This document shows positions 55,659 through 64,000 of a stretch of 64,000 nt of DNA, in pieces; within the stretch, counting starts at the first letter, position 1, and each line of letters opens with the position of its first letter. Under the pieces are notes generated by a model, which had not been told where the DNA came from, searched no databases, and was given only the letters and a program-made list of their open reading frames with translations. The stretch lies in the NCBI GenBank assembly GCA_963797095.1, contig CAWCNY010000007.1, forward strand, positions 1 through 64,000, written 5' to 3'. The DNA is from an uncultured Chloroflexia bacterium (GTDB lineage: Bacteria; Chloroflexota; Chloroflexia; QHBQ01; JADMIH01). Both the position numbers and the translations under genes were made by a program.

Positions 55659-56846
55659 CTAAAGATTCCCTCGGAGTTCTTGCTCGCGCTCGATGGCTTC
55701 AAAGAGGGCGCGGAAATTGCCTTTGCCAAAGCCTCTGGAGCCGTGGCGCTCGATGATCTCGAAGAAGACGGTGGGGCGGTCCTGCACAGGCTTGCTGAAG
55801 ATCTGGAGCAGGTAGCCTTCGTCGTCGCGATCTACCAGAATGCCAAGATCCTCCAGCTTCTCCATGTCTTCCTTGATCTGGCCGACGCGGGTGGGGGCTT
55901 CCTCGTAATACTCGTGGGGCACGCGGAGGAACTCCATGCCGTTGGCTTTGAGGGTGGCGACCGTGCCCAGGATATCGCCTGTGATAAGGGCTATGTGCTG
56001 CACGCCGGGGGTGCGGTAGTAGTCGAGGTATTCCTCGATCTGCGACTTCTTCTTACCCTCGGCAGGCTCGTTGATGGGGAACTTGACACGCCCCGTGCCG
56101 TCCTGCATTACCTTGGACATAAGGGCCGAATATTCGGTCGAGATATCCTTATCCTCGAACGAGATCAACTGGCTGAAGCCCATAATGCGGGCGTAATATT
56201 CTACCCACTCGTTCATCTTGCCCAACTCGACGTTGAGCACCTGGTGGTCCACAGCCTTGACGCCTGTTGGCGTGCCGGGAATATCGCGCTTGTGGTAGCC
56301 GGGTGCGAATGTGCCGGTGTACTGGTCGCGATTGATAAGGGTGTGAATGGTTTCGCCGACGGTGGAGATGGCGGCCTCACGGATGCGGCCCTTTTCGCTT
56401 TCGACCCAGTGAGGCTCGGTGACGCCATGCGCGCCGCGCTCAAGGGCGGTCTTATAGGCCCAATCTACGTCGGGAACGCGCAGAGCTATATCCTTGACGC
56501 CGTCGCCATGCAGCTGAACATGGGCGGCGATAGCGCCTTCGGGCTGGAGGGGAGCGGTCAACACGAAGCGGATCTTGCCCTGTTCAAGAACGTAGGAAGC
56601 GCGGTCGCGCACCTTTGTCTCAGGACCGGCATAGGCGGTTATGCTGAAGCCGAGGACGGTGCGGTAGTAGTGGGCGGCCTGCTTGGCGTTGCCCACGTAA
56701 AACTCTATGTAATCTATGCCCTGGATAGGGAAAGGATCGGTACCGTTGGTCTTATGGCCGCTGGTGGCAGGGGTGGTATCGGCGTCCATTTCGGCAACGT
56801 CGCTTCCAGAGATTGTATCGAGTTCGATGGTCTCTTCGGGTTTCAT
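55659..56846 (-). CDS. hppD: 4-hydroxyphenylpyruvate dioxygenase
   Basis: DYIEFYVGNAKQAA.YY, HGDGVKDIAL, DHQV.NVE, YSALMSKV, PINEPA.GKKKSQIEEYL, GVQHIAL, GYLLQIF, FGKGNFRALFEAIEREQ; probable start ATG 56846 after GGAGG. Confidence 0.96.
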   Translation of the reverse strand: MKPEETIELDTISGSDVAEMDADTTPATSGHKTNGTDPFPIQGIDYIEFYVGNAKQAAHYYRTVLGFSITAYAGPETKVRDRASYVLEQGKIRFVLTAPLQPEGAIAAHVQLHGDGVKDIALRVPDVDWAYKTALERGAHGVTEPHWVESEKGRIREAAISTVGETIHTLINRDQYTGTFAPGYHKRDIPGTPTGVKAVDHQVLNVELGKMNEWVEYYARIMGFSQLISFEDKDISTEYSALMSKVMQDGTGRVKFPINEPAEGKKKSQIEEYLDYYRTPGVQHIALITGDILGTVATLKANGMEFLRVPHEYYEEAPTRVGQIKEDMEKLEDLGILVDRDDEGYLLQIFSKPVQDRPTVFFEIIERHGSRGFGKGNFRALFEAIEREQELRGNL

Positions 56847-56865
56847 TAATGCCTCCATTGGTTGA

Positions 56866-56885
56866 TGTGCGCTTCATTGCGCACA
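56866..56885. promoter_or_regulatory. Palindrome TGTGCGC-N6-GCGCACA upstream of hppD
   Basis: Perfect 7-bp arms just 5' of the hppD SD; candidate operator or leader hairpin. Confidence 0.4.
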
Positions 56886-57002
56886 ATGGCTGGATTTAAG
56901 GACACTCCTATTCTAGCACCACGAGGGGTAAATAGCCAACAAAAGTATGATGTAGGCGTTCAGACTTGGGGTGGAGGGATCTCGCTTGATTGAAAACCAA
57001 GA

Positions 57003-57113
57003 CCCACCCCCAGCCCTTCCCACGTATGGGAGGGGAGAAGTAAATAGTGGGGGAAGAGTTGGGGGACACCCCCAAGTCCCCCGTCATGGGGCTTCGCCCC
57101 CTGCACCCCCTTT
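57003..57113. repeat. Second copy of the composite REP-like element
   Basis: CCCCCAGCCCTTCCCA..TGGGAGGGGAG hairpin, then GAGTTGGGGGACACCCCCAA...CCTGCACCCCCTT, matching 6337-6452. Confidence 0.65.
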
Positions 57114-57293
57114 ACCCCAAATTGGAGCGCGGTTTTGTGAAAGTAGCGTGGTTCTCCCCTCACATCCTAAATGACCTTGGTGGGACAAAACAGGACAGGT
57201 TTTAGGGTGTGCTTTGGTACAGTTTTTTCGGTTGACTGGGTTGGGCTAATGCCTTATAACGGTCGTCAGGCGCTATTTTCTGGGGCTAGAAGT

Positions 57294-57869
57294 ATGATAA
57301 GCAAGAGGCGTATCGAGATCGTGGAATACGACCCGACATGGCCCGACACATTCGAAGAGCTCAAGGATGTGATTGAGAGGGCGGTGGGCGACCTGGCGCT
57401 GCGGATCGAGCACGTGGGAAGCACCTCGGTGCCAGGGCTGAGCGCCAAGCCGGTCATCGACCTGGATGTGGTGATGCCATCTTATGAAGCGCTGCCGGAA
57501 ATAGTGGCCCGCCTCAGTACGCTGGGGTATATGCACGAGGGCGACCTGGGCATCAAGGGGCGCGAGGCTTTCGCGCGCGAAGGGAGAGACGTGCCGCGAG
57601 ATGGCCGGGGCGGCGAGTGGCCGAGCCACCATCTTTATGTATGCCCGCCGGATGGTGAAGGATTGATAAGGCACCTGGCGTTTCGGGACTACATGCGGTC
57701 ACACCCGGAAGAGGTCGCGGCTTATGAAGCGGTGAAGCGACGCCTGGCCGAGCAGTATCCCTACGACGCGGAAGCGTATACGGAAGGCAAGACGGAGTAC
57801 ATCGAGGGGATATTGAGGCGGGCCGGCGTGGAGTTGGACCAAGCAGATAGAGGAGGGCAAGACAAATGA
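57294..57869 (+). CDS. GrpB (UPF0157) family protein
   Basis: IEIVEYDPTWP, IEHVGSTSVPGLSAKPVIDLD, HHLYVC, HLAFRDY.R, YTEGKT. Confidence 0.92.
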   Translation: MISKRRIEIVEYDPTWPDTFEELKDVIERAVGDLALRIEHVGSTSVPGLSAKPVIDLDVVMPSYEALPEIVARLSTLGYMHEGDLGIKGREAFAREGRDVPRDGRGGEWPSHHLYVCPPDGEGLIRHLAFRDYMRSHPEEVAAYEAVKRRLAEQYPYDAEAYTEGKTEYIEGILRRAGVELDQADRGGQDK

Positions 57870-59254
57870 ACGCAACAGAGAATACGGAACTTACAGGGGA
57901 TCAGCAGAAGTACCTGGGCGAGCTTAGCGAGTTCCTGAGAATACCGTCCGTGAGCACGCTCACAACGCATAAGGGTGATGTGAGGCGAGCAGCCGAGTGG
58001 GTGGCGAACAACCTGCGAAAATCTGGGATTGAGAACGTGCGCCTGATAGAGACGGAAAGCCCAATGGGCCACCCGCTGGTGTACGGCGACTGGCTGCACG
58101 CCGATGGGCATGGGCAGCCGACAGTCCTAATTTATGGGCATTTCGATGTGCAGCCTCCCGACCCGCTGAACGAATGGAAATCGCCGCCGTTCGAGCCGAC
58201 ACTAAGGGATGGGAACCTGTTCGCCAGGGGGTCGGCGGACGATAAGGGGCAGCTTTATTGCCACTTGAAGGCGGTAGAGAGACTGATGCAGGAGGGGGGC
58301 GGGAAACTCCCCGTGAACGTGCGCTTCTTGATCGAGGGGGAGGAAGAGGTTGGGGGCGAAGGCATTGAAGATTATGTAAAGCAGCATCCCGGTGAATTGA
58401 CGTGCGATGCCGTGCTGATCAGCGACAATTCGATGTTCTCAGATGGGTTGCCCGCGCTGGATGTGGGGTTGAGGGGGATGGTGTACACGGAGATCACGGT
58501 AAGGGGGGCCGAGCACGACCTACATTCGGGGATGTACGGCGGAGTGGCTCCCAACGCGATCAATGTGTTGTGCCATATCATCGCGCAGTTGAAGGACCTG
58601 GACGGGGTGATACAGGTGCCGGGTTACTACGACGACGTGCAGGAACTGACCGCCGAGCAACGGGCAAGCTGGGGCGCGCTGCCTTTCGATGAGGAGGAGT
58701 TGCGCACGCACGAGATAGGGGCGAAGGCTCTGGCGGGCGAGACTGGGTATTCGGCGCTGGAGAGGATTTGGGCAAGGCCCACCCTCGATGCGAACGGCAT
58801 TATCGGGGGTTTCACAGGCGAGGGCGCGAAGACGGTGATCCCGGCAGTGGCGAAGGGCAAGGTGAGCATGAGACTGGTGCCGAACCAGGACCCGAACAAG
58901 ATTTGGGCGAGTTTCAAGGAGTACGTGGAGAGCCTTTGCCCATCTTATGCCGAGGTAGATGTGCAGTACATACATGGAGCAGATCCGGTGCTGCTGCCGA
59001 CCAACTCGGTCTATATGAAGGCCGCTGTGGAGGCATTGAGAGAGGTGTTCGGGAAGGAGCCTGTGCTGATGCGGTCTGGTGGGTCCATACCAATCGTGTC
59101 ACTGTTCAGCAGTGTGCTGAACGCCCCAAGCGTCCTGATGGGCTTCGGGCTGCCCGACGACAACCTCCACGCGCCGAATGAGAAGATGAAGCTGGCGAAT
59201 GTGTTTGGGGGGATCGAGGCGTCGGTGCGGTATTTGAAGCTGCTTCGCCGGTAG
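57866..59254 (+). CDS. M20 family dipeptidase (ArgE/DapE-like)
   Basis: FLRIPSVS, YGHFDVQP, ARGSADDKGQ, EGEEEVG, DLHSG.YGG, GGSIP, HAPNEK. Confidence 0.93.
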   Translation: MNATENTELTGDQQKYLGELSEFLRIPSVSTLTTHKGDVRRAAEWVANNLRKSGIENVRLIETESPMGHPLVYGDWLHADGHGQPTVLIYGHFDVQPPDPLNEWKSPPFEPTLRDGNLFARGSADDKGQLYCHLKAVERLMQEGGGKLPVNVRFLIEGEEEVGGEGIEDYVKQHPGELTCDAVLISDNSMFSDGLPALDVGLRGMVYTEITVRGAEHDLHSGMYGGVAPNAINVLCHIIAQLKDLDGVIQVPGYYDDVQELTAEQRASWGALPFDEEELRTHEIGAKALAGETGYSALERIWARPTLDANGIIGGFTGEGAKTVIPAVAKGKVSMRLVPNQDPNKIWASFKEYVESLCPSYAEVDVQYIHGADPVLLPTNSVYMKAAVEALREVFGKEPVLMRSGGSIPIVSLFSSVLNAPSVLMGFGLPDDNLHAPNEKMKLANVFGGIEASVRYLKLLRR

Positions 59255-59808
59255 CCGGTAGCCGGTAGCCGGTAGCCGGAGGACGATGGAGCATGATTGT
59301 GATTATTTGAGGAGGCACTGATGGCTGGACAAACTTATAGAGATTTGGAAGTTTGGCAGAAAAGTATGGACCTCGTAGTGCAGATATATGAGGTATCCAA
59401 ACTGTTCCCTAAAGATGAGCAATTCGGGTTGACAAACCAGATCCGTCGGGCCGCTGTGTCTATACCGGCAAACATTGCAGAAGGGCAGGGAAGATTGCAC
59501 GAAGGGGATTTCGTTCGCTTTCTTTCGATTGCTGGAGGCTCACTTACTGAAACTGAAACACATCTATTGATCGCAATTCGCTTAACTTGTGTTAGGAAGG
59601 AACAGGTCAGGAAAGCCTGGGAACTGGCACAGCAGGTAGGCCATATGCTGAACGGCCTTATCAGAAGTAAGAGAAGCTATATCGAAGGTAATGGCAAAAT
59701 CTCGGAAACCGCCGCACCATCTAGGAGCGATCACGATCCTGACCAGGAATACCCTCTATCCGGTAGCGACCTGTGAAACCGGCTACCGGCTACCGGCTAC
59801 CGGCTACC
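59250..59808. repeat. Perfect 30-bp inverted heptamer arms flanking the four-helix-bundle gene
   Basis: GG(TAGCCGG)4 at 59250-59279 is the exact reverse complement of (CCGGCTA)4CC at 59779-59808. Confidence 0.95.
59321..59776 (+). CDS. Four helix bundle protein (23S rRNA-IVP / TIGR02436-type family)
   Basis: YRDLEVWQKSMDL...IY......FPKDEQFGLTNQIRRAAVSIPANIAEG..R.....F.RFL.IA.GSL.E.ET.L; SD GAGGAGG. Confidence 0.93.
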   Translation: MAGQTYRDLEVWQKSMDLVVQIYEVSKLFPKDEQFGLTNQIRRAAVSIPANIAEGQGRLHEGDFVRFLSIAGGSLTETETHLLIAIRLTCVRKEQVRKAWELAQQVGHMLNGLIRSKRSYIEGNGKISETAAPSRSDHDPDQEYPLSGSDL

Positions 59809-60951
59809 AGTCCCCTGGCGGGCATCCTCGTCGCCGACTTCTCTCGCGTGCTGGCGGGGCCTTACTGCACTATGATGATGGGCGATTTGGGGGCAGACGT
59901 TATCAAAGTGGAGTCGCCTGAGGGGGATGATACGCGCAAGTGGGGGCCGCCTTACCAGGGAGGCGAGTCGGCTTATTATTTGGCGTGCAACAGGAACAAG
60001 CGAAGTGTGGTGCTGGACCTGAGGAGTGCACAAGGACTCGGGTGGGCGCGCAGGCTGGCCTTGCGGAGCGATGTGCTGGTCGAGAACTTCCGGCTGGGGG
60101 CAATGGAAGAGTGGGGGCTGGGGCACGAACAGCTAGCGAAAGAGAACCCAGGGTTGATCTACTGCTCTATTTCGGGTTACGGGCGCACGGGGCCGAACGC
60201 CGACCTGCCCGGATACGATTATGTGATCCAGGGAGCGGGCGGGATCATGAGCATCACGGGGGAGGCAGATGGGCCACCCATGAAGATTGGCGTGGCAATC
60301 GTGGACCTGACGGCGGGGATGTTCGCGCTTTCGAGTATCCTGGCGGCGTTGCGGGTGCGGGACGCGACAGGCAAGGGGCAGAAGATAGACATCTCGCTGT
60401 TCGATTCGCACCTGGCCTGGCTCGCCAATGTAGGGGGCGGTTATTTGGTGTCGGGGGAGACGCCTGGGAGATATGGCAGCGGACACGCCAATATTGTGCC
60501 TTACCAGACGTTCCGTGCGGAGGACGGGTGGCTGGTGGTGACGGTGGGGAACGACAAGCAGTGGGCACGTATGTGCAACGCCGTGGAGAGACCCGACCTG
60601 TTGGCCGATGAGAGGTGGGCAACCAACGAAGCGCGCGTCCGCAATCGGGGGATGCTCGTTCCAATTCTGGAGGAATTGTTCGCGGGCAGAAATGTGGATG
60701 AGTGGCTGGCGCTGCTGAAAGAGTGCGAAGTGCCGGCAGGGCGCGTGAACACGGTGGGTCAGGCGCTGAACGACCCGCAGACGATAGAACGCGGGATGGT
60801 GCAGGAGGTCGAGCACCCTGGGATCGGCCCATTGCGGATGGTGGCATCGCCGCTCCATTTGCAGGATACGCCTCCGACCATCAGGCGACACCCGCCAATG
60901 CTGGGGGAGCACACCGAGGAAGTGCTGGGGTGGTTGGCGAGTGACGAGTGA
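59773..60951 (+). CDS. CaiB/BaiF family III CoA-transferase
   Basis: PLAGI.V.DFSRVLAGPYCT, DLGADVIKVE, NRNKRS, DVLVENFR, YCSISGYG, GYD, VD...G; the N-terminal ATGYRLPAT is encoded by the repeat arm. Confidence 0.92.
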   Translation: MKPATGYRLPATSPLAGILVADFSRVLAGPYCTMMMGDLGADVIKVESPEGDDTRKWGPPYQGGESAYYLACNRNKRSVVLDLRSAQGLGWARRLALRSDVLVENFRLGAMEEWGLGHEQLAKENPGLIYCSISGYGRTGPNADLPGYDYVIQGAGGIMSITGEADGPPMKIGVAIVDLTAGMFALSSILAALRVRDATGKGQKIDISLFDSHLAWLANVGGGYLVSGETPGRYGSGHANIVPYQTFRAEDGWLVVTVGNDKQWARMCNAVERPDLLADERWATNEARVRNRGMLVPILEELFAGRNVDEWLALLKECEVPAGRVNTVGQALNDPQTIERGMVQEVEHPGIGPLRMVASPLHLQDTPPTIRRHPPMLGEHTEEVLGWLASDE

Positions 60952-61022
60952 CGAGTGGCGAGTGACGAGCATTAGATACGCAGCACGCAGCACGCAGCAC
61001 GCAGCACGCAGTACGCAGTACG
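60937..61022. repeat. Heptamer arrays (G[A/G]CGAGT)n and (ACGCAG[C/T])6
   Basis: The first array supplies the CoA-transferase stop (…ASDE*); the second follows it. Confidence 0.9.
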
Positions 61023-61035
61023 TACTAGAGATTGC

Positions 61036-63501
61036 TTGTATATGAAAAGACCTCGTGCCAGGCGGATAAATTCGATCAGGAGGGCAATCGGAAGGCGATG
61101 GTCAATTGCCCGGCGTCCTCCGGCTTTCGCCCGCCGTCCTGCGTCGGGCACGCGTCGCCCGACCCGCATCCAGAGCCTCAGGCCGCAGATGGCGCAGGCT
61201 TACAGGCTTTTGCGGGCGGCATCGCGGCTGGGCGTGCCGGGGTCGCTGCCAGCGCCTCCTGAGTTACTGCCTGCCGGGGCGCGAGTGCTGGCGCAGGGGT
61301 ATCTCAACAGGTTCGCGCTGCCGCTGCTTGGCGGGTGGATGCTGCCGAGATGGATGAAGGAGCAGATCGACCCTGAGAGCGATTGGTTCGTGCCACGCAG
61401 CGTGACGAACTTGATGGCAAACCAGACGCGGCGCAACTGGACCGCGCTTGGTTTGCCGGGGCGCGAACACCCAATCGAGAGCATTGTAGATAGGTGGGGT
61501 TTGCTAACCCCGGTGCCCGGCGGGCCGTCGCTTGATTGGTGGGTGCAGGTGGACGATGGCAAAGAGGGCAGGATGGCCGCGAGCGATGGGCGAGGGACGC
61601 TGCAAACTTTGCAGGGGGGTTTGCCCATCGTTGTTACCTCATACGAGGCAGATGGTATGCGGGTAGTGAGCGAGGCGTGGCTGCTGGCAGCGGAGGATGG
61701 GGACTGGGCTGCTATGCAGGTCGTGTTGTTCAATATCGCGGACGTGCCCTTGAGTGGAACCTTCTCGTTCGCGTTGCGGCCCTACAACCCGGAGGGTATA
61801 GCGCCTATCTACGATATCGCATACGACGAAGCTGAGACGACCCTGGTGGCCGACGGGTATGCGGGGCCGTACACGTGGCCCGCGCCTGACGAGTGGGCTT
61901 TGTCGGGGATCGTGGGGGAGGACCTATTTGCGGGGGACGAAGGACGAAAGCCGAACGACGAAGGACGAGTGGGGGTGGCTGCGGCGCGAAGCACACATTT
62001 GCACGATGCGAAGGGCTTCGCTCATGGGGTGCTCAACTTCCGCTTTCAGATCGAGCCGTGGGAGGAGGCGGAGTACCTGGCGTTCATGCCTGTGACGGGG
62101 CGAAGGACCAAAGCCGAACGACGAAGGATGTCGCAGGTCGCGAGTTATGAGTTGAGGGAGGCGGAACGCGCTTCTGATAAGAGGAACCCCAAGACTGAAG
62201 CGCGAAACCCGAAATACTACAGCCGGGTAAAAGCTGAGACCACATTGCGGTGGCAGGAGTTGTTGGGCGGCGCGGGAAGGATGAAGATTGAGGTCCCGCA
62301 CAGGGAGTTGCAGGCTTCGTGGGACGCGAACAGGGCGCATCTGCTGGCGTTGCACGACGGGCCGATCATCACGCCGGGGCCGGACCTGTACCACAGCTTC
62401 TGGCTGCGAGACGGCGCATATATGACTTACGCGCTGTCGGCTTGCGGCTTTCGAGAGGAGGCGGCGGAGCTATTGCGGGGCTTCGCCCGGATGCAGAGGC
62501 GCGATGGGGCCTTCGTATCGCACCAGGGAGAGTGGGACGGCACAGGACAGGCATTGTGGTGCATGGCGCAGCACCTGGCGCTATACAGTGACCGAGTGCT
62601 GGCGGCGGAGTTGAGGCCGCACGTGAGACGAGGCGGTCAATGGATCATAGAGACGCTGGCAGGATCGCCTGGAGGGTTGATGCCGCCTGGGGTGTCGTCG
62701 GAGCACCTGGGGCCACCCGATAGCTACTACTGGGACAGTATATGGTCGCTGGCGGGGCTGAGGTCGGCGGAGGCGATCACGCGCAACCCGGCGTTCGGGC
62801 GGGCGGCTGCACGCCTGCGAAGTCGGCTGGCGAGCGCATGGGCCACCGACATGGCCGCGTTGGGGCGTGAGGCGCTGGTGGGCGCGCCAGGGCGGGGGAT
62901 CGATATGGGGATGGTCGGGACGCTGGCGGCGTGGTTTCCTCTGAGGCTTGTGCCCGCCGACAGCCCGCTACTGGAAGGGACACTGGCGGCGCTAGAGGAG
63001 AAGTTGTTCTACAAGGGGGCGCTGCTGGTGAATACCGGGCATTCCGGGTGGGGGACCTATTTGAACATGAGGCTGGCTGGGTGCAGGCTGTTGCAGGGAT
63101 CCCCGAAAGGGTGGGAGCTTATGAAGTGGCTGCTGGCGCATGCGTCGCCCACTTACAACTGGCCTGAGGCGATCCACCCGAAATCGGGCGGAGGGAGCGC
63201 GGGGGATGGGCACCACGGGTGGGCATCCGCCGAGTGGCTGATGCTGGTGCGCGCTATGTTGCTGGAGGAGGGCGAGAAAAGCATAACCCTTGCGCCTGGG
63301 GTGCCCGCCGAGTGGCTGGAGAGAGCAGGCGAGATAAAGGTTGAGGGCGCGCCCACGCGCTTTGGGACGGTCTCATACCGGATCGAGTGGGAAGACGGCG
63401 GCCGCAATTTACAAATACGTGCAGAGCGCGAGGGAATCAGGAAGGGAGTTGCTGTGCTGTGGCGCGATCCCAGGACGGGAAAGATTGAGACGCCCGCATG
63501 A
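61036..63501 (+). CDS. Putative six-hairpin (alpha/alpha)6 glycoside hydrolase-like protein; start uncertain
   Basis: PGPDLYHSFWLRDGAY, GEWDGTGQALW, GLMPPG.S.EHLG, YWDSIWSLAGL, WPEAIHP..GGG..GDGHHGWA, C-terminal APTRFG.VSY beta domain. Confidence 0.65.
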   Translation: MYMKRPRARRINSIRRAIGRRWSIARRPPAFARRPASGTRRPTRIQSLRPQMAQAYRLLRAASRLGVPGSLPAPPELLPAGARVLAQGYLNRFALPLLGGWMLPRWMKEQIDPESDWFVPRSVTNLMANQTRRNWTALGLPGREHPIESIVDRWGLLTPVPGGPSLDWWVQVDDGKEGRMAASDGRGTLQTLQGGLPIVVTSYEADGMRVVSEAWLLAAEDGDWAAMQVVLFNIADVPLSGTFSFALRPYNPEGIAPIYDIAYDEAETTLVADGYAGPYTWPAPDEWALSGIVGEDLFAGDEGRKPNDEGRVGVAAARSTHLHDAKGFAHGVLNFRFQIEPWEEAEYLAFMPVTGRRTKAERRRMSQVASYELREAERASDKRNPKTEARNPKYYSRVKAETTLRWQELLGGAGRMKIEVPHRELQASWDANRAHLLALHDGPIITPGPDLYHSFWLRDGAYMTYALSACGFREEAAELLRGFARMQRRDGAFVSHQGEWDGTGQALWCMAQHLALYSDRVLAAELRPHVRRGGQWIIETLAGSPGGLMPPGVSSEHLGPPDSYYWDSIWSLAGLRSAEAITRNPAFGRAAARLRSRLASAWATDMAALGREALVGAPGRGIDMGMVGTLAAWFPLRLVPADSPLLEGTLAALEEKLFYKGALLVNTGHSGWGTYLNMRLAGCRLLQGSPKGWELMKWLLAHASPTYNWPEAIHPKSGGGSAGDGHHGWASAEWLMLVRAMLLEEGEKSITLAPGVPAEWLERAGEIKVEGAPTRFGTVSYRIEWEDGGRNLQIRAEREGIRKGVAVLWRDPRTGKIETPA

Positions 63502-64000
63502 ACAAATTCCCGGTGTCGCTGATAATGACTGTGAGGAACGAGGCAAACAGCCTGCCCGGACTGCTGGAAAGCATCCTGACGGGGACGGCATTGCCCTCAG
63601 AGATCGTGATTGTGGATGGAGGGTCGAGCGACGGCACGCCGGATGTGGCGCGAGCCTACGCAGATAGGTTGCCCATAAGGCTCATTGAGAGGCCGGGGGC
63701 GAATATATCGGAGGGGCGTAACGCGGCTATCGAGGCGGCGCAATACGAGGTCATCGCAGCCACAGACGCGGGGGTGCGCCTTGAGGCCGGGTGGTTGGAA
63801 GCACTGGTGGGGCCGTTCTTTGAGGACGGAGGTTCGGTTGATGTCGTGTCGGGTTTCTTCGTGGCCGACCCGCGCACTCCCTTCGAGCGGGCTATGGGCG
63901 CGACCGTGCTCCCTGCTCTGGAAGATATAGAGCCTGAGAAGTTCCTGCCGTCAAGCAGGTCGGTGGCGTTTCGGAAGGAAGCGTGGGCCGAGGCGGGGGG
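63498..64000 (+). CDS. Glycosyltransferase family 2 (3' end runs off the window)
   Basis: MNKFPVSLIMTVRNEA...EIVIVDGGSSDGT...NISEGRNAAI...IAATDAG; ATGA overlap with the upstream gene. Confidence 0.9.
   Translation, partial: MNKFPVSLIMTVRNEANSLPGLLESILTGTALPSEIVIVDGGSSDGTPDVARAYADRLPIRLIERPGANISEGRNAAIEAAQYEVIAATDAGVRLEAGWLEALVGPFFEDGGSVDVVSGFFVADPRTPFERAMGATVLPALEDIEPEKFLPSSRSVAFRKEAWAEAG

Noticed and set aside
59321-59776. Diversity-generating retroelement (Avd-like gene)
   Set aside because: No reverse transcriptase and no TR/VR pair with adenine-specific mismatches in the window.

Overview
GC-rich bacterial chromosome segment, most likely Chloroflexota. This is an inference from three secreted proteins that share a duplicated 'F.ETG..L.G.F..YW...GG....GYPIS.E.....VQYFERA.FE.HPE' module, a bacterial translin and an NHLP-clan leader protein. 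It holds about 60 CDS and one tRNA-Gly(CCC). Housekeeping and metabolic genes include ychF, ino1 with two PatA/LpxL-type acyltransferases, modAB, sucD, prfB with its +1 frameshift, fabF, proS, murJ, an ECF sigma/anti-sigma pair and hppD-FAH-hmgA. There are two damaged loci: a G-run-frameshifted GNAT and a dprA::oxidoreductase deletion chimera. No CRISPR array, prophage or transposase was seen. The main structure the gene list does not explain is a family of 7-nt tandem arrays at gene junctions. They often occur as inverted pairs whose first arm overlaps the upstream stop codon. One perfect 30-bp pair brackets a four-helix-bundle gene (59250-59808). Another pair brackets an unannotated small gene with an apparent ATT start, and several pairs are empty. 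One sits between a Shine-Dalgarno sequence and its AUG, and near-identical blocks occur in two reading frames inside one CDS. All family assignments are by motif recognition; no database searches were run.
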